DNA of 36,074 bases from Patescibacteria group bacterium. Its GTDB lineage: Bacteria; Patescibacteriota; Patescibacteriia; UBA2591; UBA4787. The position numbers were made by a program, and so were the translations under genes. The notes beneath the pieces were generated by a model. That model did no database searches. It worked only from the letters and a program-made list of their open reading frames with translations, and was not told the origin of the DNA. The stretch spans positions 1-36,074 of the forward strand of contig JBMFLE010000002.1 in assembly GCA_049971355.1 (NCBI GenBank), read 5' to 3'. This document shows positions 18,198 through 26,216 of the stretch, in pieces. The stretch's first letter is position 1, and each line of letters begins with the position of its first letter.

Positions 18198-18906
18198 ACA
18201 AAAAAATTCAATTTTATTAGCGTTGGCACTCTTAATGATAGGGGGAAGTTTTGCTTTTGCGCAATCTTCAAAAACCCCCGAAAACTTTATTTATTTAACT
18301 TGGGAAAGTGATGGAATGGTTCCGGTTGAATATCAAGGAAAGGCGTTGCCAGCTCGCTTTGCGATTATTAAAACATCAGTTCAACCATTCATCTATTCTT
18401 CAAAAAGTGGAGGTTATTTGAATTCTGATCAATGGACATATCGATGGTATGTAAATGATAATTTAATAGGAGAAGGACAGGGTCTAAAATCAATTAGATT
18501 TCGTCTAAAAGATTTTGATAAAACCGCTTATACTGTAAAAGTTTCAATTTTAACTTCAGTTTTAAGTCAGCCGATTGAAAAAACAATAACAATTAATTTA
18601 GCGCAACCAGCCATTTTCTTTAGAGTTTTAGGAGAGAAAGAAATACTTCAAGGTCAATATTCAACAACTGGGGATTTATTACAACTTGAGGCTGTGCCAT
18701 TTTTCTTTGGCGGTGATGATCCAAATCAATTGCATTATATGTGGCGGATTAATAATGAAAGAGTGTCAGATTTAGATAACGAGCGAATATTGATACTGCC
18801 TAAAGCCGAGCAAGGAGAGAAAAACTATTCAATTCAATTAACCATTGAAGATTTAAGAGATATTATTATAAGAGCAAGCGCGAGTATAAATATTAATTTA
18901 AAATGA
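18184..18906 (+). CDS. Secreted protein made of two tandem ~100-aa beta-rich domains
   Basis: 240 aa with a signal peptide (ILLALALLMIGGSFAFAQS). It contains an internal duplication: WTYRWYVNDNLIGEG...YTVKVSI...TITINL versus LHYMWRINNERVSDL...YSIQLTI...SININL. Confidence 0.65.
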   Translation: MKNNKQKNSILLALALLMIGGSFAFAQSSKTPENFIYLTWESDGMVPVEYQGKALPARFAIIKTSVQPFIYSSKSGGYLNSDQWTYRWYVNDNLIGEGQGLKSIRFRLKDFDKTAYTVKVSILTSVLSQPIEKTITINLAQPAIFFRVLGEKEILQGQYSTTGDLLQLEAVPFFFGGDDPNQLHYMWRINNERVSDLDNERILILPKAEQGEKNYSIQLTIEDLRDIIIRASASININLK

Positions 18907-19682
18907 AAAAAATAAACCCCTATATTTTATTTACTTTCTTGTTCATTGTTTTAAGTAATGTGGCTTTAGCTCAACAGGCTGTTCAAGTCGCTCCCCAGAC
19001 AGTTAGTAATGCAGCTTCTACCAATACAAGTGCTTCTACTTCGGAAGATTGGTTTGGTGGTTCGCGCTGTATGGAAATTTCTCTAGAACCATTTTTGCCC
19101 AGTTGTCCTTCAACTCCGGCTGACTATCTTTCTGGATTGTATAAGTTAGCAGTTTATGCGGGCGTAATTGCGGTCATCATTCAAATTACTATTGCGGGTA
19201 TCCAATATGCAACAAGCGCTGATAATACTTCAAAACAAAAAGAAGCGCGTGAGCAAATTAAAGATGCGATTATTGGTTTGGTTTTACTGCTCGGATCGGT
19301 TTTGATTTTAAGAACCATTAACCCTGATTTAGTAAAATTAAATTTACCAGGAATTCAACCAAAATTAAGCGATAAACAATTAAAGGAAGAAGAAGATAAA
19401 AAAATTCAAGAAAACCTGTCCAAGCTGAGAGAAAGTTGTATTAGGGACGCTTGTAGCAAAGTTAGTTCGGATCTATCATCTAAATGTATAGAAGTATGTA
19501 ATAAATTATATTCAGTAACAATAGCTGACCCTGAAGGATGCTTTAGGGCTTGTTGTTTGCAGAACCCAAATACTTTTGGTGGTGGGCCACCGGTAGTTGC
19601 GGATAGATGTTATTCTAATGGGCAATTAACAAATGCAGGTAGAGAGTGCGCTGCATATTGTCAGAAGTCAGTAGGCGATTAA
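18903..19682 (+). CDS. VirB2/TrbC-like T4SS pilin with a Cys-rich C-terminal extension
   Basis: 259 aa with a signal peptide. The two-helix hairpin core YKLAVYAGVIAVIIQITIAGIQYATSADNTSKQKEAREQIKDAIIGLVLLLGSVLILRTINP resembles T4SS pilins of CPR and Gram-positive systems. It is followed by a ~110-aa tail containing 11 Cys. Confidence 0.72.
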   Translation: MKKINPYILFTFLFIVLSNVALAQQAVQVAPQTVSNAASTNTSASTSEDWFGGSRCMEISLEPFLPSCPSTPADYLSGLYKLAVYAGVIAVIIQITIAGIQYATSADNTSKQKEAREQIKDAIIGLVLLLGSVLILRTINPDLVKLNLPGIQPKLSDKQLKEEEDKKIQENLSKLRESCIRDACSKVSSDLSSKCIEVCNKLYSVTIADPEGCFRACCLQNPNTFGGGPPVVADRCYSNGQLTNAGRECAAYCQKSVGD

Positions 19683-19699
19683 ATTACCAGAATAAACAT

Positions 19700-20959
19700 A
19701 TGAAAAAAATGATTTTAACTACAATTTTAATTCTTCTTATCTTAGGTATTATTGCCTTTGTTTTTTACTGGTTTTATTTAAAACCAGCGAGTCAAATTGG
19801 AGAGGAAATACAGCAAGAAGGCGGAGGCGTTGGCTTGCCTACAATTACTGCCACCCCATTTTTGCCAGAGCAAACTTCTGGTACTTCCGCTACCAATATT
19901 AAACAGCAGCCAATTTTGCGGAACTTAATTAATAAAGAAATTTTGGCTTTTTGGCAGAGTGGGACTTCAACGTTGCAATATCTAACCAAAGAAGGATTAT
20001 TTGAAATTGATTTTTCCCAGAATCAGATTAAAGAAGAAAAAAGAGATTTGGGCGTTAATTTTAACAACGTTTTATCTGTTCAACCATCAGCAAAAGATAA
20101 AATTTTAATTAAATATGTGGCAGAAGGTGCAACTAAACCATCTTTTAGCATTTTAGATATTCAAACGCGCGAAGTTAAAAATTTGGACCTTTATATTAAA
20201 ACTGCTGCTTGGTCCCCTGATGGCGAAAACTTACTTTACTATTATTCTGATAGCCCACTTTATTACCAAGAGAATTTTAAGGAAACAAACTATTTAGCCC
20301 AGTTAGATAAAAATTTAGCCAATCGGAAAATTTTAATGGATTTTAAAGCGGCAAGTGATATTAATTTACTCTGGCCAACCACCACGACCGCTTATATTAC
20401 GCAAAAACCCAGTGGCTTAAGCGAGACAACTGTTTTGAAATTTGATTTAAAAAATAAAATATTTAGTCCTTTTGTGAGTGGTTACGGTTTAATTTTAAAG
20501 TGGGATGATAAGGGACAATACGGTTTACTCTTCACTACCAGTGCTAATGGAGTGAGTCCAAAATTACAATTAATTAATAAAGATGGTTATGTTTTGGCAG
20601 ATTTTCCTAATATTACTCTGCCGGAGAAATGTGTTTTTGCCCATTCTTCACCCATTCTTTACTGCAGTATTTTTGTTAATCCGGTTTTTTCTGGTGTTTG
20701 GCCCGATGCTTATTATATGGGAGTAGTGTCAATTGACGAAATGCTTTATCAGATTAATTTGGAAACAATGGAGGCGCAATTATTAAATAACAATACTTTC
20801 CAAATCACTGATATAAAAATAAGCAAAGATGATAAAACCCTTTTCTTCTACGATGAAAAAACAAAAACGCTTTATAGTTTAAATCCACCAATTTCTGAAC
20901 AAACGAATTCACCAACACCATCGATTACACCGACAGCCATTCCAAAAGTTACGCCTTAA
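19700..20959 (+). CDS. Membrane-anchored TolB-like beta-propeller protein, last gene of the operon
   Basis: I chose ATG 19700 (MKKMILTTILILLILGIIAFVFYWF is a TM anchor) over the track start 19646, which overlaps the pilin gene. It has a PD40-like motif AAWSPDGENLLYYY and a Pro/Thr-rich C-terminus. Confidence 0.6.
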   Translation: MKKMILTTILILLILGIIAFVFYWFYLKPASQIGEEIQQEGGGVGLPTITATPFLPEQTSGTSATNIKQQPILRNLINKEILAFWQSGTSTLQYLTKEGLFEIDFSQNQIKEEKRDLGVNFNNVLSVQPSAKDKILIKYVAEGATKPSFSILDIQTREVKNLDLYIKTAAWSPDGENLLYYYSDSPLYYQENFKETNYLAQLDKNLANRKILMDFKAASDINLLWPTTTTAYITQKPSGLSETTVLKFDLKNKIFSPFVSGYGLILKWDDKGQYGLLFTTSANGVSPKLQLINKDGYVLADFPNITLPEKCVFAHSSPILYCSIFVNPVFSGVWPDAYYMGVVSIDEMLYQINLETMEAQLLNNNTFQITDIKISKDDKTLFFYDEKTKTLYSLNPPISEQTNSPTPSITPTAIPKVTP

Positions 20960-21003
20960 AGAAGACACAAATTAACCAGGTATTTTAAGAAAAACTTTTA
21001 AAA

Positions 21004-21032
21004 TTAAATACCCGCAAGAAGCGGGTATTTAA
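21004..21032. terminator. Bidirectional terminator closing the T4SS-like operon and the convergent jag gene
   Basis: TTAAATACCCGC-AAGAA-GCGGGTATTTAA, a 12-bp stem with A/T-rich flanks. Confidence 0.75.
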
Positions 21033-21042
21033 TTTTAGGAGA

Positions 21043-21477
21043 TTATGGGTAAGGTTTTACTATTAAACATCGTTCGGGCTCTTCTCCAACACTTTCAGTG
21101 GTAACATTAGGATTAATGGCTAATTCCATATGGATTATTCTTCTTTCATAAGCATTCATTGGTGGTAATTTAATTGGATTTTTGGTAATCATTACTTTAT
21201 GAGCGGTTTCTTTGGCTAATTTTTTCAATTGTTCTTCGCGGAATTTTCGATAGCCATTGATATCAAGAATTACTTTCTTATTTATATTATTTTTTGAGGC
21301 CAATAATCTCAGTATTAATTCCAAATCTTTTAAAGTATTGCCATGGGGGCCAATCAGGGTTTTCCCATTTTCTGTTTTGATATTAATATTTAATAAATTT
21401 TCATCAATGTCATTGATTTCAATTTCAGCATCATCAATATTAAAAAATGATAATAAAGTTTTAATTATTTGCTCCAT
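21043..21477 (-). CDS. jag: Jag/KhpB RNA-binding protein (KH plus R3H domains)
   Basis: 144 aa with the R3H motif MNAYERRIIHMEL. It lies downstream of yidC as in the canonical rpmH-rnpA-yidD-yidC-jag cluster. Confidence 0.85.
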   Translation of the reverse strand: MEQIIKTLLSFFNIDDAEIEINDIDENLLNINIKTENGKTLIGPHGNTLKDLELILRLLASKNNINKKVILDINGYRKFREEQLKKLAKETAHKVMITKNPIKLPPMNAYERRIIHMELAINPNVTTESVGEEPERCLIVKPYP

Positions 21478-22219
21478 TGTTTGAAATGTTTTTTTCGACC
21501 GATAATTTCTTTTTAAGAATTTTTTGCTGAATGATGCTAATAACTGTTGTTGTAGACCAATAAATTCCTAAAATCGATGGCAAGCTAACTAAAATAATAA
21601 AAGTGGTAATTGGGCCAATAAAAAGCATTTGTTTTTGGAGAACTTCAGTCATTTTTTGGGCTGGGCTCTCTAAAATATCGGTTTGTTTTGATGGGCGAGT
21701 CTGGGGCATGACCATTTTAGTGGAAATAAATTGCAACACAGCGCTGATAATGGTAATGAAAATATTGGCTTTGTTTAAATTAACAATTCCCAAAAAGAGA
21801 GGGTTGAAGTTTTCTGGCATTTTTATAAATGAATAAAGATTATTCATTAGCGTTTCGCTAGCAAAACCCATTAAAAAAACCCGATAAACAGCAATCATAA
21901 TAGGAAGTTGAAGTAAAATTAAAAAACAATTACCAAAAGGATTGACCCTATGTTTTTTAAAAAGTTCCATTTGGGCTTTAGCCAATTTTTCTTTATCGTC
22001 TTTGTATTCCTTTTGAATCTTTTGCAATTCGGGTTGAAGTTTGTTCATTAATAATTGCTGCTTACTACTTTTGTAAAAAATTGGAGCTAAGATTATTCTG
22101 ATAATAATAGTCAAAACAATAGCAGCTATTCCAATATCGTGGATTGGCAAAAAATTATAAATGGCGATTAAAAGATTGAATATTGGTTGAATAAAAACAA
22201 TATGAAAAAAATTGCCCAT
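21461..22219 (-). CDS. yidC: YidC/Oxa1-family membrane protein insertase (short form)
   Basis: 252 aa with about 5 TM helices and the amphipathic QKIQKEYKDDKEKLAKAQMELFKKHRVNP loop typical of YidC. Confidence 0.88.
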   Translation of the reverse strand: MGNFFHIVFIQPIFNLLIAIYNFLPIHDIGIAAIVLTIIIRIILAPIFYKSSKQQLLMNKLQPELQKIQKEYKDDKEKLAKAQMELFKKHRVNPFGNCFLILLQLPIMIAVYRVFLMGFASETLMNNLYSFIKMPENFNPLFLGIVNLNKANIFITIISAVLQFISTKMVMPQTRPSKQTDILESPAQKMTEVLQKQMLFIGPITTFIILVSLPSILGIYWSTTTVISIIQQKILKKKLSVEKNISNNGANN

Positions 22220-22221
22220 AT

Positions 22222-22443
22222 TTATTTAATAAACCCACTACATCGACAAAACCTGATTAGTCCCATTTTTAGACCTTTAATTAAGCCGTACTTGTTGATG
22301 GCGTTATAAGTAAAGAGAGAGCAAGATTCTTCGTGCTCAAAACGGCAATGAACTGGTAAAAAATAGAAATTTTTCAATACGCCTGTTTGAGGCGATAATA
22401 GAATTCGATAAATTTTTATTAAACCCAAGAAAAAATACTTCAT
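22222..22443 (-). CDS. yidD: Membrane protein insertion efficiency factor YidD
   Basis: 73 aa. LIKIYRILLSP...CRFEHEESCSLFTYNAINKYGLIKGLKMGLIRFCRC fits the YidD Cys pattern and the gene is in the expected position. Confidence 0.85.
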   Translation of the reverse strand: MKYFFLGLIKIYRILLSPQTGVLKNFYFLPVHCRFEHEESCSLFTYNAINKYGLIKGLKMGLIRFCRCSGFIK

Positions 22444-22446
22444 AAA

Positions 22447-22782
22447 TTAAATTAAACTGGCCTGGCGCAATAATTTTTCGGTTATCTCTTTTAATTCGGA
22501 GAATTTCTTTTTTAATAAAGACGGCCGAGGAATAAACACTAAATCATAACCCTTTTCTTTAAAATTAAGCTCGTCACAAATAGCTTTCAGGCGCCTTTTT
22601 AATAAATTGCGCTCATGGGCTTTTTTTGAAACTTTTTTGCTAATTAAGAAGGCAAAGCGATTAATTTTATTTTGGGGATGGCGGAAATAAATTATTGTAA
22701 GATCTTTGTTTTTTTCTCTCTGTCCATTATTAAAAATCAATTCAAAATCTTTAGTTCTTCTTATTATTTCCCGTTTTTTCAT
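22447..22782 (-). CDS. rnpA: RNase P protein component
   Basis: 111 aa and basic, with the KKAHERNLLKRRLK (RNR-like) motif. It sits immediately downstream of rpmH. Confidence 0.88.
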   Translation of the reverse strand: MKKREIIRRTKDFELIFNNGQREKNKDLTIIYFRHPQNKINRFAFLISKKVSKKAHERNLLKRRLKAICDELNFKEKGYDLVFIPRPSLLKKKFSELKEITEKLLRQASLI

Positions 22783-22787
22783 TAAAT

Positions 22788-22922
22788 TTAAACAGTCAGG
22801 CGATAGCGACCTTTCTGTCTTCTTCTTTTTATAACTCTTCTTCCGCCGGGTTTTCGCATTCTCACTAGAAAGCCATGCGTTTTCTTTCTTTTTCTTTTTT
22901 TAGGTTGATAAGTGGTCGACAT
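22788..22922 (-). CDS. rpmH: Ribosomal protein L34 (absent from the supplied ORF track)
   Basis: My translation of the minus strand gives [44 protein letters not shown] (44 aa), a clear L34 sequence. Start ATG = complement of 22920-22922; stop TAA = complement of 22788-22790. Confidence 0.93.
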   Translation of the reverse strand: MSTTYQPKKRKRKKTHGFLVRMRKPGGRRVIKRRRQKGRYRLTV

Positions 22923-22951
22923 ATTTTTATTTTTCATTCTATCACAAAATT

Positions 22952-22981
22952 TTGATTTTCGCAATAATTATTTATTATAAT
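22952..22981 (+). promoter_or_regulatory. Candidate promoter placing the TSS at or next to the sigma-factor ATG (leaderless mRNA)
   Basis: TTGATT (22952-57), 18-nt spacer, TATAAT (22976-81). Only 6 nt (AAAGTT) separate the -10 from ATG 22988, and no SD is present. Confidence 0.45.
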
Positions 22982-22987
22982 AAAGTT

Positions 22988-23551
22988 ATGCCTGAAGTTT
23001 CCGAAAAAGACATTAAAGAATTGATAAAAAAAAGCAAAAAAGGAGATAAAGAAGCTTTCGGAGAAATTTATGAATTATTCGCCGAACGAATTTTTCGTTA
23101 TATCTATTTAAAAGTTGGCAATAAAGAAGAAGCCGAAGATTTAACTCAGCAAGTTTTTATAAGGACGTGGGAATCATTAAAAAATTTTCAATTCCGTAAA
23201 AATCCATTTAGCAGCTGGGTTTATAGAATCGCCCATAATTTAGTGGTTGATTTTTATAGAAAACAAAAGGAGACTTTGAGTTTAAATGATGAAATTAGGG
23301 TGGAAATCGTAGATTCGCTAGATTTAGATGAAAATTTATATTATAAAGAAGAATTTAAAAAGATATTAAAACTTATCAATCAATTGCCCGAAGAACAAAA
23401 AGATATTTTGATGTTGCGTTTTATTGATGATCTTTCGTATGGGGAAATCGCCAAAATTATGAAAAAAAGTCCTCTAACATTGCGAGTTTTGCAACATCGA
23501 GCCTTAAAGAAATTAAAGGAATTAATGAATAATAATGAACAGCAAAAATGA
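22988..23551 (+). CDS. ECF-type sigma-70 family RNA polymerase sigma factor
   Basis: I chose ATG 22988 (MPEVSEKD...). It has a region 2 (FGEIYELFAERIFRYIYLKV...DLTQQVFIRTW) and a region 4 HTH (LSYGEIAKIMKKSPLTLRVLQHRALKKL). Confidence 0.88.
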   Translation: MPEVSEKDIKELIKKSKKGDKEAFGEIYELFAERIFRYIYLKVGNKEEAEDLTQQVFIRTWESLKNFQFRKNPFSSWVYRIAHNLVVDFYRKQKETLSLNDEIRVEIVDSLDLDENLYYKEEFKKILKLINQLPEEQKDILMLRFIDDLSYGEIAKIMKKSPLTLRVLQHRALKKLKELMNNNEQQK

Positions 23552-23569
23552 TAATGAACGGTAAAATTT

Positions 23570-23605
23570 AAACCAAAAACCCCTCAAATGAGGGGTTTTT
23601 GGTTT
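23570..23605. terminator. Bidirectional terminator between the sigma factor gene and convergent hup
   Basis: AAACCAAAAACCCCTC-AAAT-GAGGGGTTTTTGGTTT, an exact 16-bp inverted repeat. Confidence 0.8.
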
Positions 23606-23625
23606 ATTGGGGCAATAATAAACAA

Positions 23626-23901
23626 TTATTTTATAGCTTCTTTCAAAGCTTTACTGGCGCGGAATTTAGGTTTGATAGAAGCAGGAATTTGGATTTTCTC
23701 GCCAGTGCGGGGATTAATACCTTCGCGAGCTGCTCGGCGAGCCACGCGAAAAGTACCAAATCCGCTAATTGCTACCTCTTCGCCACGAGCCATTGTTTGT
23801 TTGATGGTTTCAAAAATAGTTTCTACAATTTCGCGAGCTTGTTTTTTGCTGGCTAATTCAAATTTACTTAAAATAGCCTCGACTAATCCTTCTTTTGTCA
23901 T
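23626..23901 (-). CDS. hup: HU-family nucleoid-associated DNA-binding protein
   Basis: 91 aa. ISGFGTFRVARRAAREGINPRTGEKIQIPA is the HU/IHF arm signature. The two plus-strand ORFs overlapping it (23588.., 23599..) are antisense artefacts. Confidence 0.93.
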   Translation of the reverse strand: MTKEGLVEAILSKFELASKKQAREIVETIFETIKQTMARGEEVAISGFGTFRVARRAAREGINPRTGEKIQIPASIKPKFRASKALKEAIK

Positions 23902-23949
23902 TGTTTTTAAAAATTAAGCGACCTTTTTGTGGAAACCCCATTTAATTGA

Positions 23950-23977
23950 ATTATAACACATTTTATGCGGTTTCCAA
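23950..23977 (-). promoter_or_regulatory. Candidate hup promoter with an extended -10
   Basis: The minus strand reads TTGGAA, 16-nt spacer (ending TGT), TATAAT. Confidence 0.5.
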
Positions 23978-23996
23978 ATAGGGGTGTGGATAAACT

Positions 23997-25520
23997 TTAA
24001 CGAGCATATTCCACGGCTCTTGTTTCGCGAATCACATTTACTTTTATTTCGCCGGGGTAATTTAATTCATCATGGATACGATTGGCTATTTGTTTAGCTA
24101 GATTTAAAGCCCCTAAATCATCGATTTTTTCCGGGATAACAAAAACTCTTAATTCCCGGCCAGCTTGAATTGCATAAGCTTTTTGAACGCCGTCAAAGGA
24201 AAGAGCAATTTTTTCAAGATTTTCCAATCTTTTAAGGTAATTTTCCAGACTGTCGCGTCTTGCTCCAGGACGGCTAGCAGAGATTGCTTCGGCGGCAGCA
24301 ACGATAAATGACTCAGGTGTTTCAAATGGATAATCCTCGTGGTGAGCTTCGATGGCTTTAATAATTTCTTCAGAAACGCCGTATTTTTGCAGAATTTTTC
24401 TTCCCAGCTCTACATGAGTACCTTCAACTTCATGATCAATAGCCTTGCCAATATCATGAAGTAATGCCGCTTTTTTAGCTACTTCAATATTAGCGCCTAA
24501 TTCGGCGGCCAGCATTTTTGCTAGATGAGCGGCTTCGATTGAGTGTTGGAGCACATTTTGGCCGTAACTTGTTCGATAATTTAATCTTCCCAAAAGATAA
24601 ATAATCTCTTTGGGTAAATCTAAAATCCCTAATTCATAAGCAGCATTTTCTCCGGCTTCTTTGATTTTTTCGTTTAATTCTTTTTGGGCTTCTTCAACTT
24701 TTTCTTCGATTTTGGCGGGTTGGATACGGCCGTCTTTAATGAGTTTTTCTAAAGCAATTCTCGCCAATTCTCTCCTTAATGGATCAAAAGAGGAGAGAGT
24801 GATTGTATCTGGTGATTCATCAATCAGAATATCTACTCCAGTCAGGCGTTCTAAAGTTCTAATATTTCTTCCTTCTCGGCCAATGATTTTTCCTTTGGTT
24901 TCTTCATCTGGAATGGAAAAAGAAGAAGTTGTCACTTCGCTGCTCACTGATCTACTCAATCGTTGAATGGCAGTTTCTAAAAGATTAAAAGCCTGTTTTT
25001 CTATTTCATCACGCTTTTCTTTTTCCATCCGCTTCAATAATTCAGTAATTTCTTGCCGATGGGTGTTTTCTATTTTTGAAAACAATTCTTTTTTAGCTTC
25101 TTCCTCGCCCAAACCAGCAATTCTTTCCAATTCTTTTTGAGCTTCTTGCCGGATTTCCTCAACTTTTTCTTTTATTTCTTTTACTTTTTTGATGTTTTCT
25201 TCTAAAGAACGATTTTTGGCTTCGGTTTCGCTGAGTTTCTGATTGAGCAACTCCTCGCGTCGATTAAGACGTTGTTCAAAAGCAGATAACTCTTTTTTTC
25301 TTTCTTTTTCTTCTTTTTGAGCTTCATCCAAAATAGCCGCAGCTTTATCTTTGGCGGCTAAAATAATTTCTTTAGCCTTAGTTTTGGCTTCTTCTAACTG
25401 ACTTTTAATTTTTTGTTCAGCGGAGGCAATTTCGCGCTTGATAATATTTTGTCGCGCGAGATAGCCGATAAAAATTCCTAAAATTAAGGTTGCTAAAGAT
25501 GCTAAAATAAGCGTCTCCAT
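23997..25520 (-). CDS. rny: Ribonuclease Y
   Basis: 507 aa. It has an N-terminal TM helix, a long coiled coil, a KH domain (GKIIGREGRNIRTLERLTGVDILI) and an HD domain (HSIEAAHLA...LLHDIGK). Confidence 0.93.
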   Translation of the reverse strand: METLILASLATLILGIFIGYLARQNIIKREIASAEQKIKSQLEEAKTKAKEIILAAKDKAAAILDEAQKEEKERKKELSAFEQRLNRREELLNQKLSETEAKNRSLEENIKKVKEIKEKVEEIRQEAQKELERIAGLGEEEAKKELFSKIENTHRQEITELLKRMEKEKRDEIEKQAFNLLETAIQRLSRSVSSEVTTSSFSIPDEETKGKIIGREGRNIRTLERLTGVDILIDESPDTITLSSFDPLRRELARIALEKLIKDGRIQPAKIEEKVEEAQKELNEKIKEAGENAAYELGILDLPKEIIYLLGRLNYRTSYGQNVLQHSIEAAHLAKMLAAELGANIEVAKKAALLHDIGKAIDHEVEGTHVELGRKILQKYGVSEEIIKAIEAHHEDYPFETPESFIVAAAEAISASRPGARRDSLENYLKRLENLEKIALSFDGVQKAYAIQAGRELRVFVIPEKIDDLGALNLAKQIANRIHDELNYPGEIKVNVIRETRAVEYAR

Positions 25521-25717
25521 ATGAGTGGATTTCGCCTTTCAAAAATTGCGATTTAATTACAAAAAAGGGTTTCACAAATTTTTTATAGCGAAATTAAAGA
25601 ATTTAATGACTTTAGATACGATTTAAAAAAGTACATTTTTATTATAGTTTGAATTTAAAGAAAATCAAGAGAGAAGAATAAAAAACGAGCCCCTTTGGGC
25701 CCGTATTGTGTATAAAA

Positions 25718-26107
25718 TTATAAAATTTTTACTTTTTTAATCTCAACTTTAAAATTATGCTCTTCCAGGTATTTTTTAAACATTTCTGCCGTTTCTAATA
25801 AAGACTCTTTACAATCTTCAAATATTTCATCTTCTGCTTCAGATGATAAATAATTAGAGAAAGCATCGCTGCATTCTATGGAGCAAACAGCTGGAAGATT
25901 TTCTGCTGTAATTTCAATGAAACCATCAATCCTTTTTATCGTTTTACTCATTAACGATTCTTTTATGGAGATATATGGTATAATCAGCAATTTTTCAACA
26001 TTCTTTTTTTTGGCATCATCAATCAATAATTGAATGGACGGGTATATTTTAAAAAATTTTGAAACAGTCAAAAATGCTCTTTTAACTAAATTTTTCATTT
26101 TTTTCAT
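25718..26107 (-). CDS. Hypothetical protein, paralog A of an orphan pair
   Basis: 129 aa with SD GGAGGGG 6 nt upstream. It aligns end to end at roughly 25% identity with 26217..26597 (KFFKIYPSIQLLIDDAKKKNVEKLLIIPYI versus ELFQFYPTLNLFFLEAQKKKLNNITIKPIM). Confidence 0.6.
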   Translation of the reverse strand: MKKMKNLVKRAFLTVSKFFKIYPSIQLLIDDAKKKNVEKLLIIPYISIKESLMSKTIKRIDGFIEITAENLPAVCSIECSDAFSNYLSSEAEDEIFEDCKESLLETAEMFKKYLEEHNFKVEIKKVKIL

Positions 26108-26145
26108 TTCACCCCTCCTTTTAAATTTTTAATCAAACCACCCTT

Positions 26146-26205
26146 AGATTAACCTAATTTAATTTTTTGTCAAATAAAAAGATGGCGATTAATCGCCATC
26201 TTTTT
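26146..26205 (-). repeat. Terminator plus promoter cassette, copy 1
   Basis: The 60-nt block matches 26635..26694 at 55/60, and the core 26157-26205 matches at 48/49. It contains the palindromic terminator AAAAAGATGGCGATTAATCGCCATCTTTTT, then on the minus strand TTGACA (26168-73), a 16-nt spacer and TAATCT (26146-51). Confidence 0.8.
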
Positions 26206-26216
26206 CTATTTTTATT

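Noticed and set aside
17735-18271. 178-aa minus-strand ORF, larger than the plus-strand ORF it overlaps
   Set aside because: It lies antisense within a tightly packed plus-strand operon and has no SD. Its composition (runs of S, A, F, N) is what the reverse complement of a membrane-protein gene would give. The plus-strand ORF 17703..18197 fits the operon spacing.
15155-18906. Alternative genetic code (UGA reassignment, as in some candidate phyla) as an explanation for the split genes
   Set aside because: TGA is used as a genuine stop at tightly overlapping ATGA junctions (15155-57, 18904-06) and at 23549-51. The interrupting codons are TAA, which also terminates many intact genes here. Global reassignment is therefore not supported; only local read-through remains possible.
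23588-23917. Two plus-strand ORFs (109 and 85 aa) overlapping hup
   Set aside because: The minus-strand frame encodes an unmistakable HU protein. The plus-strand ORFs start inside the bidirectional terminator and are antisense artefacts.
23985-23993. Perfect DnaA-box consensus (TGTGGATAA, the reverse complement of TTATCCACA) between rny and hup
   Set aside because: It is a single isolated box with no cluster, no adjacent AT-rich unwinding element beyond the background, and no dnaA gene. One exact 9-mer in 36 kb read on both strands is compatible with chance.
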